Positions 10,367-21,701 of a stretch of 64,000 bases of DNA are shown here, in pieces (the stretch's first letter is position 1; each line of letters starts with the position of its first letter). The position numbers and the translations under genes are program-made. The notes under the pieces are model-generated. The model was not told the DNA's origin. It was given only the letters and a program-made list of their open reading frames with translations, and did no database searches. The stretch comes from Marsupella aquatica (Eukaryota > Plantae > Marchantiophyta), in assembly GCA_973895155.1 (NCBI GenBank), contig OZ316892.1, positions 19,417,869-19,481,868 of the forward strand, read 5' to 3'.

Positions 10367-13300
10367 TCACTGCAGACTAACACACTCTGATGGCCAGAGC
10401 ACAAGAGATCCTACTGCATCTGCAATTATTTCCTGAGGTGGATCATCGTCTCTATTCGGAAATGGCAAATTACAATCAGATACAATCACTGTAGTCAACA
10501 ACACTACTACATGGTCATCCGGGACCACTTTGCCATGGAATTTTGCATGATCCGGTCGTAAAATGCCTGTACCCACACATACCTGCGAGTCATCCTCCCA
10601 TGATAGAAGATTATGGACTGGCTCTGCTGTGGCTATCACCTCCACCTTACCCTGGCTGTTTTTCTTGGCTTCTTGGGTGGCTTATACATGATATTATTCA
10701 TACCTTGGTTGCGAGTCATGACTTTGGCACGAGTGTTTTGTGCTGGTGATCGAGAATTGGCTACACTCTTCTTCAAAGAATCTGCATCCATATTTGACAC
10801 TTCTGATTGTGTAGCAGGATTTCCCTGCGACATCATCTCAGTATCTGCCAACATTGTACTTGCTTCAATTGAAGCATCTACAATCTTACTTGCATCCAAT
10901 GTTGCTCCCAAGTTTCGACGTCGCTTCACCCTGCTCCCACTTGGTTGAGAGTCTGTCAACTCTACATCAACTACAATTCAGTGTCATGTCCAACATAAGT
11001 CAATCACTCATCACATGTGCTAAATGTACATGTCACCAACCACAAAGTTGTCACTATCTCCTTACCATTATGAACAGCCTTCTTCCCCTTCTTTGCCATT
11101 GCCATATGCTCCATGTCTGCTTCTGTTGATCAATAAACACACCACAATATTCAGGTTGAATCTATTAACCACTGAATTGTTGCTCAACATTCATATAGAG
11201 GAATTTAAAGCATCAGCTTACCTGATACCTCCTTGGCTATGGTCACTGAGGCACTGGGCACATCTTCTTCATTATTGCTCTTTGAATTACTTGATACATC
11301 AATCATGATGTCACTTCAGATCCCAGTTCATCCAACCAGTTCTTACAGAAAAGATTACCTCCAACCGGCTTAAGCTTCACAAAACTCCATGCACTTTTCA
11401 AATGTAATGTACTGGATCATAGCAGGTTACCTGTCTCAGCAACCTTCTTGCCCTTCTGCTTACTGATTACAGGGTCCTTCTCTGCCTCCACTCTTCCTGC
11501 ATTCAAACCATTCACTCAATTCATGAAAACTTACTTCTAACATTTGAACATAGGACACAATGAACAATGGGCCGGTGTCATTTCCATACCTGTGTCAGAT
11601 TTGCCAATTCCCTTTTTTGTTAACAAGGGCACACTTTGTACAATGTTGCCCTCATTGTTTGGTTGGGAACCACCCAATTTTTCAATCACAAGCTTGAAAT
11701 TAGATTCCACTGATGCAAGAAGGTTTGCTACAGATGCCTCCACAATATCCAAACGATCAGCCAATTTACTTTCCACTCGAGGGAGTCCACACTCTAATGA
11801 CTTCAACCGTTCACACATCTCTGTGAGAGTTGTAACAGTTCCCTGTCATAACACAGCTTACATATCTCAGATAACTGTCCCCAAGAACTGGTTGCTTACT
11901 TCCTACTACATTTCTTTCTGATGCTCAAGGCCAAATAGTCACAGAACATACATAATTACAACATAATCACCTGTTTGGAAGTCACACTTGTCACCTCACT
12001 CCTTTGTTTCATGAACTCCTCTCTCACTTCTTGTGCTGATGGTTCTTCACCTGTCAATTTCTTCTGCAGTCCACATCAACATACATATGAATGAAACCAA
12101 GTGTTGATTGTCAATGAAAATGTAATAATGGTAGCAAGATGATAAGTTTGAGGCTTACTATCAGGCATGTCACTGCCTTACCAATTGTTCTTTCACTGGA
12201 GCATAACTTCCTCTCCCAGCCTGTGAAAGGTGTTTCACTTTGCCTTGAGCATTTGACATCAGTTCACTCTTGCTCTGTCCAGCCTCCGACATGAACCCTT
12301 TGATTAACCGTGTCCATTGATCCAGTTCCAATGATGGGGGTGGTGGCATTCTCCTGTTAGAACCATTGTCTATCCACATCCTTTTCAACCTATGTCTCTC
12401 TTGTTTCAAAATCCTCATTGCATAATCTGATATGCAATCTTCAACTGGGCCCTTACCATCATTACCAACATAGTCCCACCGTTCAAGAATGTCCTTGCAG
12501 ATAGCAGCCCAATCAGCTTTGTTCTGACTCCTAAACTCTGTAATGCTCAAATCTAACCAACGCAATACTTCTCCTCTTAGGTCAGAATGCCAACGGTTCT
12601 TACCATCACATGTGGGAGTTATCCAACCTTCGGAATTCACTTCTATTTTACCAAATTTGTTACTGTCTCCTGCCTTGGTACTCCCTGAAGCGCTACTAGG
12701 TGTCCCTCCACGGCCTGGTGTCCCCCCACGGCCTGGGGTCCCTCCACGGCCTGATCTCCCCCCACGGCCTGGATTGCATTGTCCAAACCTAGCTCCCTGG
12801 AGTCCCTGCACATTTACAGGATCCATTTACAGTCACTTACATTAGGTAAGTATGAATCATAAATCCCGCTGCCAAATATACAGTGGACTTCAGAGCAATT
12901 CTGCAATGACCAAGTTACCTCTCCCTTGGCGCATAGATGGTTCTGGACCACCTGTCCTATTGCTTTGTCTTGATGAATTAGGGGCGTTTCTCCCGCCTGT
13001 GAATGATTGCCTCCTATCTGAACGTGGATGGCCTTTGTTGTTTTCGTGATTGTCCCAATCAGAGTCTGCATACCAACAGGTACATGCCACACTCATGGAC
13101 CTGTAAGATAAACTCTTTGCCCTAGCTACACATCAGATAAGTGCATATTGAGCTAAATCTCTACTACCATCACAAAATCACTAGCACAAGGCAATTACTT
13201 GTCCAATCATCCTTCTCACCTTTCCATTGCCCTCTATACCCGTCTCTACCACGCTCTGGGTGTTCATATTCATCCCATCCATCTTCTGCTCCATCATAGT

Positions 13301-13541
13301 CATCATCATAATTATCAGGCGTCCCTTGCCAATAACTCTGGCTCCTTCTAGGGTATGGATTATGTGATTTCTCTCTAGCTGCCCACCTACCTGGGACTTG
13401 ATGAGGGCCCTGTGCATCTTGCACAGGTGCATTTTTCTGTGAGCCCCCTGCATCTGGGTCTCCATCCATATCCAATCTTTCCTCTTCACCCCACTCTCCA
13501 AGCCCCATGTCTGTCTCCATGTCATCACCCTCTTCCCCCAT
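10367..13541 (-). CDS. CACTA TnpA-like (ORF2) multi-exon gene
   Basis: Exon 12170-12826 (ERHRLKRMW...PPPSLELDQWTRLI...KSELMSNAQ) resembles TnpA/Ptta-type proteins. Last exon 10367-10645 (FHGKVVPDDHVVV..LPFP..IADAVGSLVLWP) resembles the TnpA C-terminal domain. Exon structure is approximate. Confidence 0.7.
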
Positions 13542-13718
13542 AGCTTCTACACAGCACCCACAACCAAACAGGGAGAATCAGCACACTAAATTCAAAGTAT
13601 CAATCAATTTCATGCATATCCAACTATCCTAAACATCATTCCAGGCAGCAATTCCCGTTCTGTGACTCTGTGCAGGTAGTCATCCTCAACCTCATACTTG
13701 CCAATCGCCAGCTGTTGC

Positions 13719-16700
13719 CTATTGCAAATCATCAACCTCATCATATTCCATTTGCCCAGGTTCATCATATGTCTCTCTCAATGTTAAGGGGATGTAGTCA
13801 GTCCCTGCCCGAGTTGGAAGTACAGTCTCATGACTAGGATGTTCGAATGCAGCATGGTCATCCAAACTGAACTCTACTTTACTTCCATCCATCCGCCTAT
13901 TCCGTGCTTGGCTATGGCATACCACCCTCTAGCCATGTGACTCCTCCACATCTGCAAAGAAAGCCTGTTCAACTTGGCTAGGGAAAACAAAAGGCTTAGA
14001 CCATTCTGGTACTCTGGACCTAAAATTGGCCAACAAGAACCCATCATGATCACGCTTCATGGTGGCCCTTGGTCTCTGCCACTCTGATTTCACCCATGAT
14101 CCCTTCATCAATATCACTGGGACACGTGTGTTACCATAATTCAACACCCAAATGTTGGTCAACTCCCCCACGTAACCCATCTTCATCCACCCCCTCTATT
14201 CTTCAGAGGTTCTCTGCTCAAACACAGAAATCAAACCACAATCATATGATACACAATGGTCACCCTGCTCATCCCTCACTCGATAATGATTTCCATAAGC
14301 TCTCATCCGTTTGTAGGTCAGAATAGACAATCGTGGTGGCACAGATAGAAGATACAAATCCTTCTCCATATCTGGGTGATGTCTACTATGCTCTCGAATT
14401 GTCACCCGAATCCACTGCTCGAATTGTGGGAAGGGATCCTGCTGCCCAGAGTGTGCAGCTTTTTGCATATCATATTCCCTACAATATGAGGTACAGGCAT
14501 AGTTAGGTCTAACAACACATGACAACCTAAGATCACCCTTGGAACAGACAAGAAGCATCACAACAAAGGCAAGTCAATTCAATCACTCACCTCCACCATG
14601 GTTGCATAGGCTCTGTGTTTGCCAGCACATATGAATGAGCCTTGTCTCGAATCGCAACAGGCAGCTGAACAACACGTCCCACACCTTCAACAACCTCGCC
14701 ACTCACTCCATCATCTTCACCAGATTTCCAAACTCTTGTCATAGCTTCACCAGACCCAGCCATGTACTCTGTTAGGAATCCCAACGTCTCATCCTTAATG
14801 TACCCCAATGCCATGGAAGCCTCTGGCCTGTAGTATGTTCTCACATGACCTTTCAACAACTTCATGTATCGCTCCATAGGGTACATCCATCTGGTACTGA
14901 CTGGCCCATACTGCCCTAGCTCTTCTACCACATGGATTAGGAGATGAGTCATAACATCAAAGAAAGCAGGGGGGAAGTATATCTCCAAGTCACAGAGGAC
15001 ATAAGCAGCATCCTGCTTCAACTGCTCCAATCCTTGGGGATCCCACACTTTCACACATATACGGCGAAATACATTGCACAGTCAAAGAATGACATTACGG
15101 ACTGGTTTCTGCATGAGACCTCCGAGGCATAGGGGCAGAATGTGCTGCATCAACACATGGTAGTCATGTGTTTTCATATTGCCAAGTTTATTCTTTGTAA
15201 TATGCTTCTTGAAGGCACCAGCATAGCCAGAGGGCACTTTCAGACAGCTCAATCTATACAAGAATGTCTTCCATTCATCCTGTGTGCACACATAGGGAGC
15301 TTGGAACTTGAGAAGTACATTGGGATTGCTTGCATGGGGCTTCAACCAAAGGTGAGGGCGAATCCCCTTCTGTTGCATATCAGCTCGAACTGCTCCTGTA
15401 TCTTTCTCACCCGACAAGAACTTCAGCAAGCTCTCACAAATATTTTTCTCAATGTGCATGACGTCCACATTGTGTTTGCTGGGCTCGAATTCCTGCACTC
15501 CACAAAGCAAAGAATTCAACAACAGAAACACTAATTAACCACAGAGGAGGATTGTAACCAACATCAATCCACCATTGCTCCAATCTAAAATTGCAATCAT
15601 ACAGGGGCTGGAGGCTAAGTACATTACCCTCCAGTACTCCAACTCCAAGTCCATCAAGGTCTGTCTTTTCACACCGTGTTTCACCACTGGATCCTCAGGT
15701 TCTCGATCAGTGGCACTTCTCTTGTCCCAATCAGCCTTCCTGGCTGCCCACCTCAGGACTTGCTCTCTGGTGACCCTCTGTGGTGGGCCACGAAGCTCTG
15801 TTTTGTTGTTGAAGTGTGCAATTTGAGACCGTGTGTGCCTGTAAGGATGATCAACAGGCAGATACCTTCTATGCCCCTGAAATTTCATACTGTGCAGGGC
15901 ATGCGACCACTCACTTGTCACATTTTTCCCACATGGTGTGCACCCCACATAGCCCTTTGTCACTCGTCCAGATATGATGCCATGGCCTGGGTAATCTGCT
16001 ATATCCAACAAACAAATTGCATGCAGTCTAAAGGGGCTGGGTCGAAGAAGCCCCTTCAGAACATCATGGGTTAACACCCCTTCTATCCACAAAGTCTTCC
16101 ACTCTTCCACTGTTGGAGCCAACATGATATCTATGAATTGCTCGGTCACAGAAGCTGGTCCAGGGATTAACAGCACCATCATGACAAAAAACCTCTTTGT
16201 AGTCATCCATGGGGGAAGGTTGTAATTTAGCAGCGTAACCGGCCAACATGAATAACGGTTGTTTTTGTCTCCAAATGGGTTTACTCCATCCAGTGATAGA
16301 CCAAATCAAAAGTTCCGCTTCTCTGCAGCAAATTGTGGCCACCTCTCATCAACAAATTTCCAATGGTTGGAATCTCCAATGTGACGCTGCAGGCCATCAC
16401 TGCTCTTGTTATCAGGAGTCCATGTCATCAGCTTGGAAATGGCAGGGCATCTAAACAGACGTTGTAGTCTAGGAATGAGAGGAAAATGACGAAGAACCTT
16501 GGCAGGGTGTGTACATTTCCCTACATTCTTGTACCTGTGCTTACCACAATGAGGGCATGTCAATTTATCTGCATGCTCTTTGCGAAAGAGAACACACCCA
16601 TCAGGGCATGCGTCAATAGACACATAGTTCAGCCCAAGGTTAGACATCAATTTCCTAGCCTCGTACATATTTTTTGGAATTGAATTACCATCTGGTAACA

Positions 16701-17430
16701 CATTTCGGCGCAGGAAGGTCAACAACTCTGTCACAAATATATTGGGAACATTGTGATTGCCACAGATGTTCAACAACAACACGACAAAACCCAGCTTGGA
16801 GCAGTTCGACCCCTCGTAGATAGGAATGCAAGCTTCTTTGATGTGTTTTGGGCCCCCAAACACCCACTCCCTCTCTGCTGCACCTTCCCCAATGTCAAAG
16901 TCAGGTTCAGCTTGGCCGTCGCCAATGTGTGGTTGCGGTTCATTGTCCTCTTCTGATTCCACTGTGTCATAAAAAGCATCAAGGTCTTCAAAAATCTCTT
17001 GAACCATTCTTGGGACATCCATCCCACCGTCCTCAGTGACTGCCTTTGCCTCTCCATCTTGGTCATCCACGTTCTCATGTTGGACCCCAGGACCATCCTC
17101 TGCACAGTCTATGTCCTGCTCTACGTAGTCTCTACGCTTAGCTGTATTAGAATCCACAAAGTCAGCTCTCCACTCTTCATCAGAGGAGTCTTCTTCTGCT
17201 GGTACATTCCAAACCCTCCACCGAGGGTGCCTTTCATGCCGCAGCAGGTGAAGGTGCACAGTGTTCAAACTCAACGACTTGAATCCTTGGCACTGTGTGC
17301 ATGGGCATCTCATCCTCCTACTCCTACCTTGGGCGGCCCGGGCTTGTTCACGCATCCACAATTTAGAATCATGATGCCTAATCCTAAATGGGTTGTGAAG
17401 AGGCAACCTTGGAGCCATCACTATACACAC
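13719..17430 (-). pseudogene. CACTA TnpD transposase (Transposase_21/DUF4218/DUF4216), spliced, with premature stops
   Basis: RCPCTQC, IDACPDGCVLF..CPHC, LRHFPLIPRLQRLF, LDGVNPF, DYPG, DVMHIEKN, KTHDYH, FPPAFFDVMTHL, WMYPMERYM, PFVFPSQVEQ. In-frame TGA at 16306 and 15082. Confidence 0.95.
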
Positions 17431-17744
17431 GCACTCAGCACCCTGTCATTTTATTATGCAAGTGAAAAATACACTTCCTGTTAAGGATTTCACCCCCGAC
17501 TGTACTTGCCAAAATATGTAACGTTCCAGAAAAACAAAAAAACAAAAAATATAGGTGCCTGAGTCATGTACCTATTCTCAAGTGAATGAGACAAAATTCC
17601 TAAATGTTTGAGGGTGTCAACTCCTCCGCTGTCCTCACATGTATTGCCTCTGCACGTACATCCATGACCATATCAGAGTCCAATCATGTATAGTCATAGA
17701 CACAGGTGCCAGGTGCGAGACCGGTGTGAGATGTCCTCATCTTA

Positions 17745-18314
17745 CTACCACATCAAATACGGATACCAATCCTGTTGTCGATGCCACTCAGCCCTGAGGT
17801 ACTCAGGCATGTACATTAAGTCATCAAGGTCTAAACCCTGCTCATGCCATGGTGGTCTTCGATCCGTGCCTACAAGCAGTGGCAGCAGTGCCCTCCATGG
17901 TGCACATGTTGCTACCAAGTCCCTCCACTGGGTACTAATTAGTCTAGATTTGCAGATATCTTGTGCGCCAGACACCACAAGAACCCTCGGCCAGACATGT
18001 GTAAGAACTATATCATCTGCCAAATCAGGCAACAAGGAACCACCTACAGCATCGTGCTTGTCTAACTCATCTGCTGAAAAGTAAATGTCCTCTTCCGACT
18101 GTGCATCCTCATTCACCACAGCATTCACAACACATCCAAGGTCTGCAGGCATTACCTCGGATGGAGCTACACTCTGTCTGGTTACCAATCCACACAAGTA
18201 AGCCCAAGCAGTAGCCATGCACAATGCAACCCGTAGGAGGACCCTACATAGGGCCTGACGGTCTGGAAGAGGCAGCATACCCACCAAAGTCTTCAACCAA
18301 ACAGAGCCCAGCAA
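17745..18314 (-). CDS. Small F-box-like protein (CACTA cargo)
   Basis: LLPDLADDIVLTHVWPRV...CKSRLISTQWRDLV fits the F-box pattern LP-LPDD-V...R-VS--W--L. Confidence 0.6.
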   Translation of the reverse strand: MLGSVWLKTLVGMLPLPDRQALCRVLLRVALCMATAWAYLCGLVTRQSVAPSEVMPADLGCVVNAVVNEDAQSEEDIYFSADELDKHDAVGGSLLPDLADDIVLTHVWPRVLVVSGAQDICKSRLISTQWRDLVATCAPWRALLPLLVGTDRRPPWHEQGLDLDDLMYMPEYLRAEWHRQQDWYPYLMW

Positions 18315-18454
18315 GTAGATTCATAGTCACACCCCACGCAGCAGGAAACAACAATCACTTCAACTGCGACCAACCATGACAAGATGAGTTAGTTCAAGGA
18401 TCACATTTATTACAAAATTGTGATTTATACAAAAATATGAGGGACTCCTACTCC

Positions 18455-19303
18455 TCACTCTCTCCCACCTTTGCTAAGCATACATCTCCGCTGAATCTTG
18501 GAGGGCCAGGCCTCAAAAATATCAAAGTCCCAAGCATTCTGTCGCTTCCCTCTAGCTGCTGATTCCAGAAGCCAATCAAGGGAAAGCACCCAAAGATTGT
18601 TGTTCATGACAAAATCACGCACTATTGTCTTAAAGAATTTTCTGCATATTTTCATGTATGACAGACCTACAACATGAGTGGAGGTTTCTGTTAGACTCTC
18701 CTCCACTGTCCCACCTAGCTCAACAACTATGGACTTGTACAGTCTGCACTTAGTCTCCCCAATTCCTTCTTCTACAAATACCACACTGAACCCCTTCATA
18801 ATGGTATTTCTCTCCTTGCCATGCTCATTCAATATAGCATATGCACGCATAGGATGGTGTCCTATGTTGACAACAGGTCCATATTGGACAGAAGCAAAGT
18901 TGGGTTTCTCTGCCGCTGCTTCATAGGCTTCCTTTTCAGCCAAAGCCTCTGCAGTGGCCTCCTCACTCTCCCACAACTCATATTGCTCAGTACTCTGTAC
19001 ACACCTATGTTTAACAGAATCGGTCAGCCAAGAGACTTCAACTACTTTTAGACCTTGGTTGGTAATGGCAGAATCAATGAAGGACCATGACCACTTGTTC
19101 ATCACATCCAGCCATGTCCCTGCAACAACATGTGTAGTCTGTGGAGTGATGTCCTTGACTTCAGTCCCATGGAACTCTGAGAATCATTTTTGTACGATTG
19201 GCCAACTCACTTGGGTGAACCCATAGTGGCCAGGAATCAAAATGGCTTTGATTCCAGCCAATAGAGGCGGGTGGTCAACCTTTGTACGTTTCCTAGAGGC
19301 CAT
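18455..19303 (-). pseudogene. Tandem BRCT-domain protein (CACTA cargo)
   Basis: From ATG 19303 (MASRKRTK), with one TGA at 19184-19186. Two repeats: TTHVV...KVVEVSWLTDS and LGGTVEESLTETSTHVV...WVLSLDWLLES. Confidence 0.75.
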
Positions 19304-19901
19304 GTACACACGGGCCACCTAATCACTGCAGACCAGAAGATAATGCGTTCACCTGATAATCGGAGGGCCCTTAAAATGCTGCGTTTATAACTTAGTCCAG
19401 TCCAGTCGTCTGGTGAGTCTCTGCTCCGATTCCAAACGGGAGAAATATTGGGACAAACGTACTAGACACCTGCAAGCATGCACCTCATAGTTTGAATATG
19501 TGCCTTCACAATATTGAAGGTGACAAGTGCAATTGTTTTGTGATGCCACATATAGATGTTGTAAATGGGCAGACATTCAATGAGAATACAAAATGTTGGT
19601 ACACTTTAAGGGAATTCTCGCAAATTAAATAGCCTTGTAACTTATATGCTCATAATGAGAAGTCCTGATTTAATTTAAGCAGTGTCATGTAAGTCGTGAT
19701 CAAAATGATTGCAGAGTTAAAAAAGTTCCTAGAAGGCTTAAGGGGAGTTTTTGAAGGCATGTACCCAGGAACAAGTAATGAACTTAGGGTACTTGTTGCC
19801 TAAGCATCCTCTCCTACAGAGGTCCTTCTTCTTAAAATTGGAATGTCTGCAATCTCCAAGGTATCCACATCAGGTGCACTATGCATGTACATTATTCAGG
19901 T

Positions 19902-20582
19902 TCAAAGCCAAGAAATGTGATCTCTCATGGGAGTGTGCAAAGTAGGATCTATGGCATGGCGATGACAATAGAAGATCCATCGATCAACACCATGTGCAGA
20001 GTGATCATAGATGTGTCTGTCATAAGCATAGCCTTCTGCTTGACGCTCCTTCAAACAATGAAAGTGCCACATGGTGGGACACCTAACACAGTGGACTATG
20101 TCCACCCAGAAATCTTCATCGTGCTGACCACATGCCTTGCACTTATGAAGTGGGCAAGCTGTGGCAAGATCGGGCAAACATGAAAAACAAAAGAACCTCA
20201 CACAATATCTGTCAGGGCATTTCCTAACAAGTGGTGGAGCATCAATAGAGCCCTCATAAGACCCCAACTTCCCACACTGTGCACACTTAGCCTGCTTCTC
20301 CAAACAATTAGTGCACATCCAGCCTCCCTGGTGTGCTGACGGGAGGCCCACCCCTGGACAGTTGTTTTCTGCAGCAAGGTCAGACTCCGGGTTGAGGTGG
20401 AAATGCCTCATGCAAGGGCCCTCACATATGGCTAAGCCACCACCATCGTCACAAATGGCACAACAATGAGCTGCCTTCTGGAAAATCTGACTTGCAGAGA
20501 AGTTACTACCATCTGGCCCAACTACACCTGTGTTGCTCACCTCTGTCCCCCGCTTCTTGGCTCGGATTTTAGGGTGTGCCAT
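19902..20582 (-). CDS. Stand-alone EDM2-type composite PHD finger protein (CACTA cargo)
   Basis: CAICDDGG..CEGPCMRHFH...CTNC...CAQCGKLGS...CPLHKCKAC...CVRCPTMWHFHCL...IFYCHRHAIDPTLHTPMRDH mirrors the EDM2 PHD region including its YC.H.ID..L.TP.RDH tail. Intact, with a basic N-terminus. Confidence 0.85.
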   Translation of the reverse strand: MAHPKIRAKKRGTEVSNTGVVGPDGSNFSASQIFQKAAHCCAICDDGGGLAICEGPCMRHFHLNPESDLAAENNCPGVGLPSAHQGGWMCTNCLEKQAKCAQCGKLGSYEGSIDAPPLVRKCPDRYCVRFFCFSCLPDLATACPLHKCKACGQHDEDFWVDIVHCVRCPTMWHFHCLKERQAEGYAYDRHIYDHSAHGVDRWIFYCHRHAIDPTLHTPMRDHISWL

Positions 20583-21201
20583 GCCTACGCATGAGATAGA
20601 TAGTACAATTTAGCAGAGTGCACAGACAATACAATTTAGTGCAGTGTACAAAAAGTACAGTGTAGCATATAGACTAGAGTGGCAATTGCTACTGCAATGA
20701 AATGTTCACACACATGTGCAGAGTAGACATACTTTTTGGTTTGTTGAGCCCACACTAAAAACTGATCCCCTCGTACAATAGCTCCACCTACACCTCAATT
20801 TTGTGGCTATGATTCACCAAAGGAGATCTGCAACAAGATTTAATGCATTTGAATCACATATAACAGTCGTGACATGTAAAACAGACATTTTTTGAACAGG
20901 ATTGGTATCAAGCACTCTGATCAGGGTTGTAATTTATACATCCTAAATAGGCTATGATAGTGAATGAGACAAATAAGTTAGGCATAAATCACTTTTTCCA
21001 GGTTATCACATGGCCCATTAATTCCAGTCTTTGAAAGGAGACTTTTAAGTGAGCTTGCTAGCCTCTTAAATTAGGATATTGTACTTAGTGCAGCCATAAT
21101 AGGATAAGTTATGTACTGTTGACCCTAAACCCTGGACCCAAAATTGGTCATAATTCAAAATCTTAAGTAAATATCCTCTCTGTTCAAGTCAAAGTGTTAA
21201 G

Positions 21202-21701
21202 TTATAGGTCAATGGTCTCTGGTTTGTGCATGCGGTGTGACAAGTGGTCCTCTAGAGCGTGTGATCCAAACATGTGTAGACACCAAAGTGACCGGTGGTG
21301 GGGTCTAGGAGGGCAGGACAAGTGACATCGCCAGGCACACTGCAGGATGGCGAGTGGTTCCAGATGATACATTGTGCTCTGTGAAAAAACCGACATCCAA
21401 GAGAACGGTCATCCAACTCTAGGCCAGAAGCCCTACAGGCAGGACAGTCATATTGGCAACTGTGCACACACCCTTGGGCCCTAATTTGTGGCGGGTCATG
21501 TACGAGAGATAGAAATACCAAGGATGTTGGGAAGGGTGGAGAAGCAGGTACAGGCCGGTTGTAGTTGTTCCTGGCAACAACTGGGTACTCAAAGTACCAT
21601 GCAGACTGGGCTGGAAGGATCCCAAGTCTGACATACTCAAGGCGCAACATCTCTGCCTTGCGTGCAAGCCGCACATGTTCAGCGTTGCGGGTCCTCACCA
21701 T
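21202..21701 (-). CDS. Small Cys/His-rich ORF of unknown family (CACTA cargo)
   Basis: 149-aa ATG ORF with CVHSCQYDCPAC, C..FH...C...H...C. Same orientation as the other cargo genes; possibly extends past the TAG to 21202. Confidence 0.35.
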
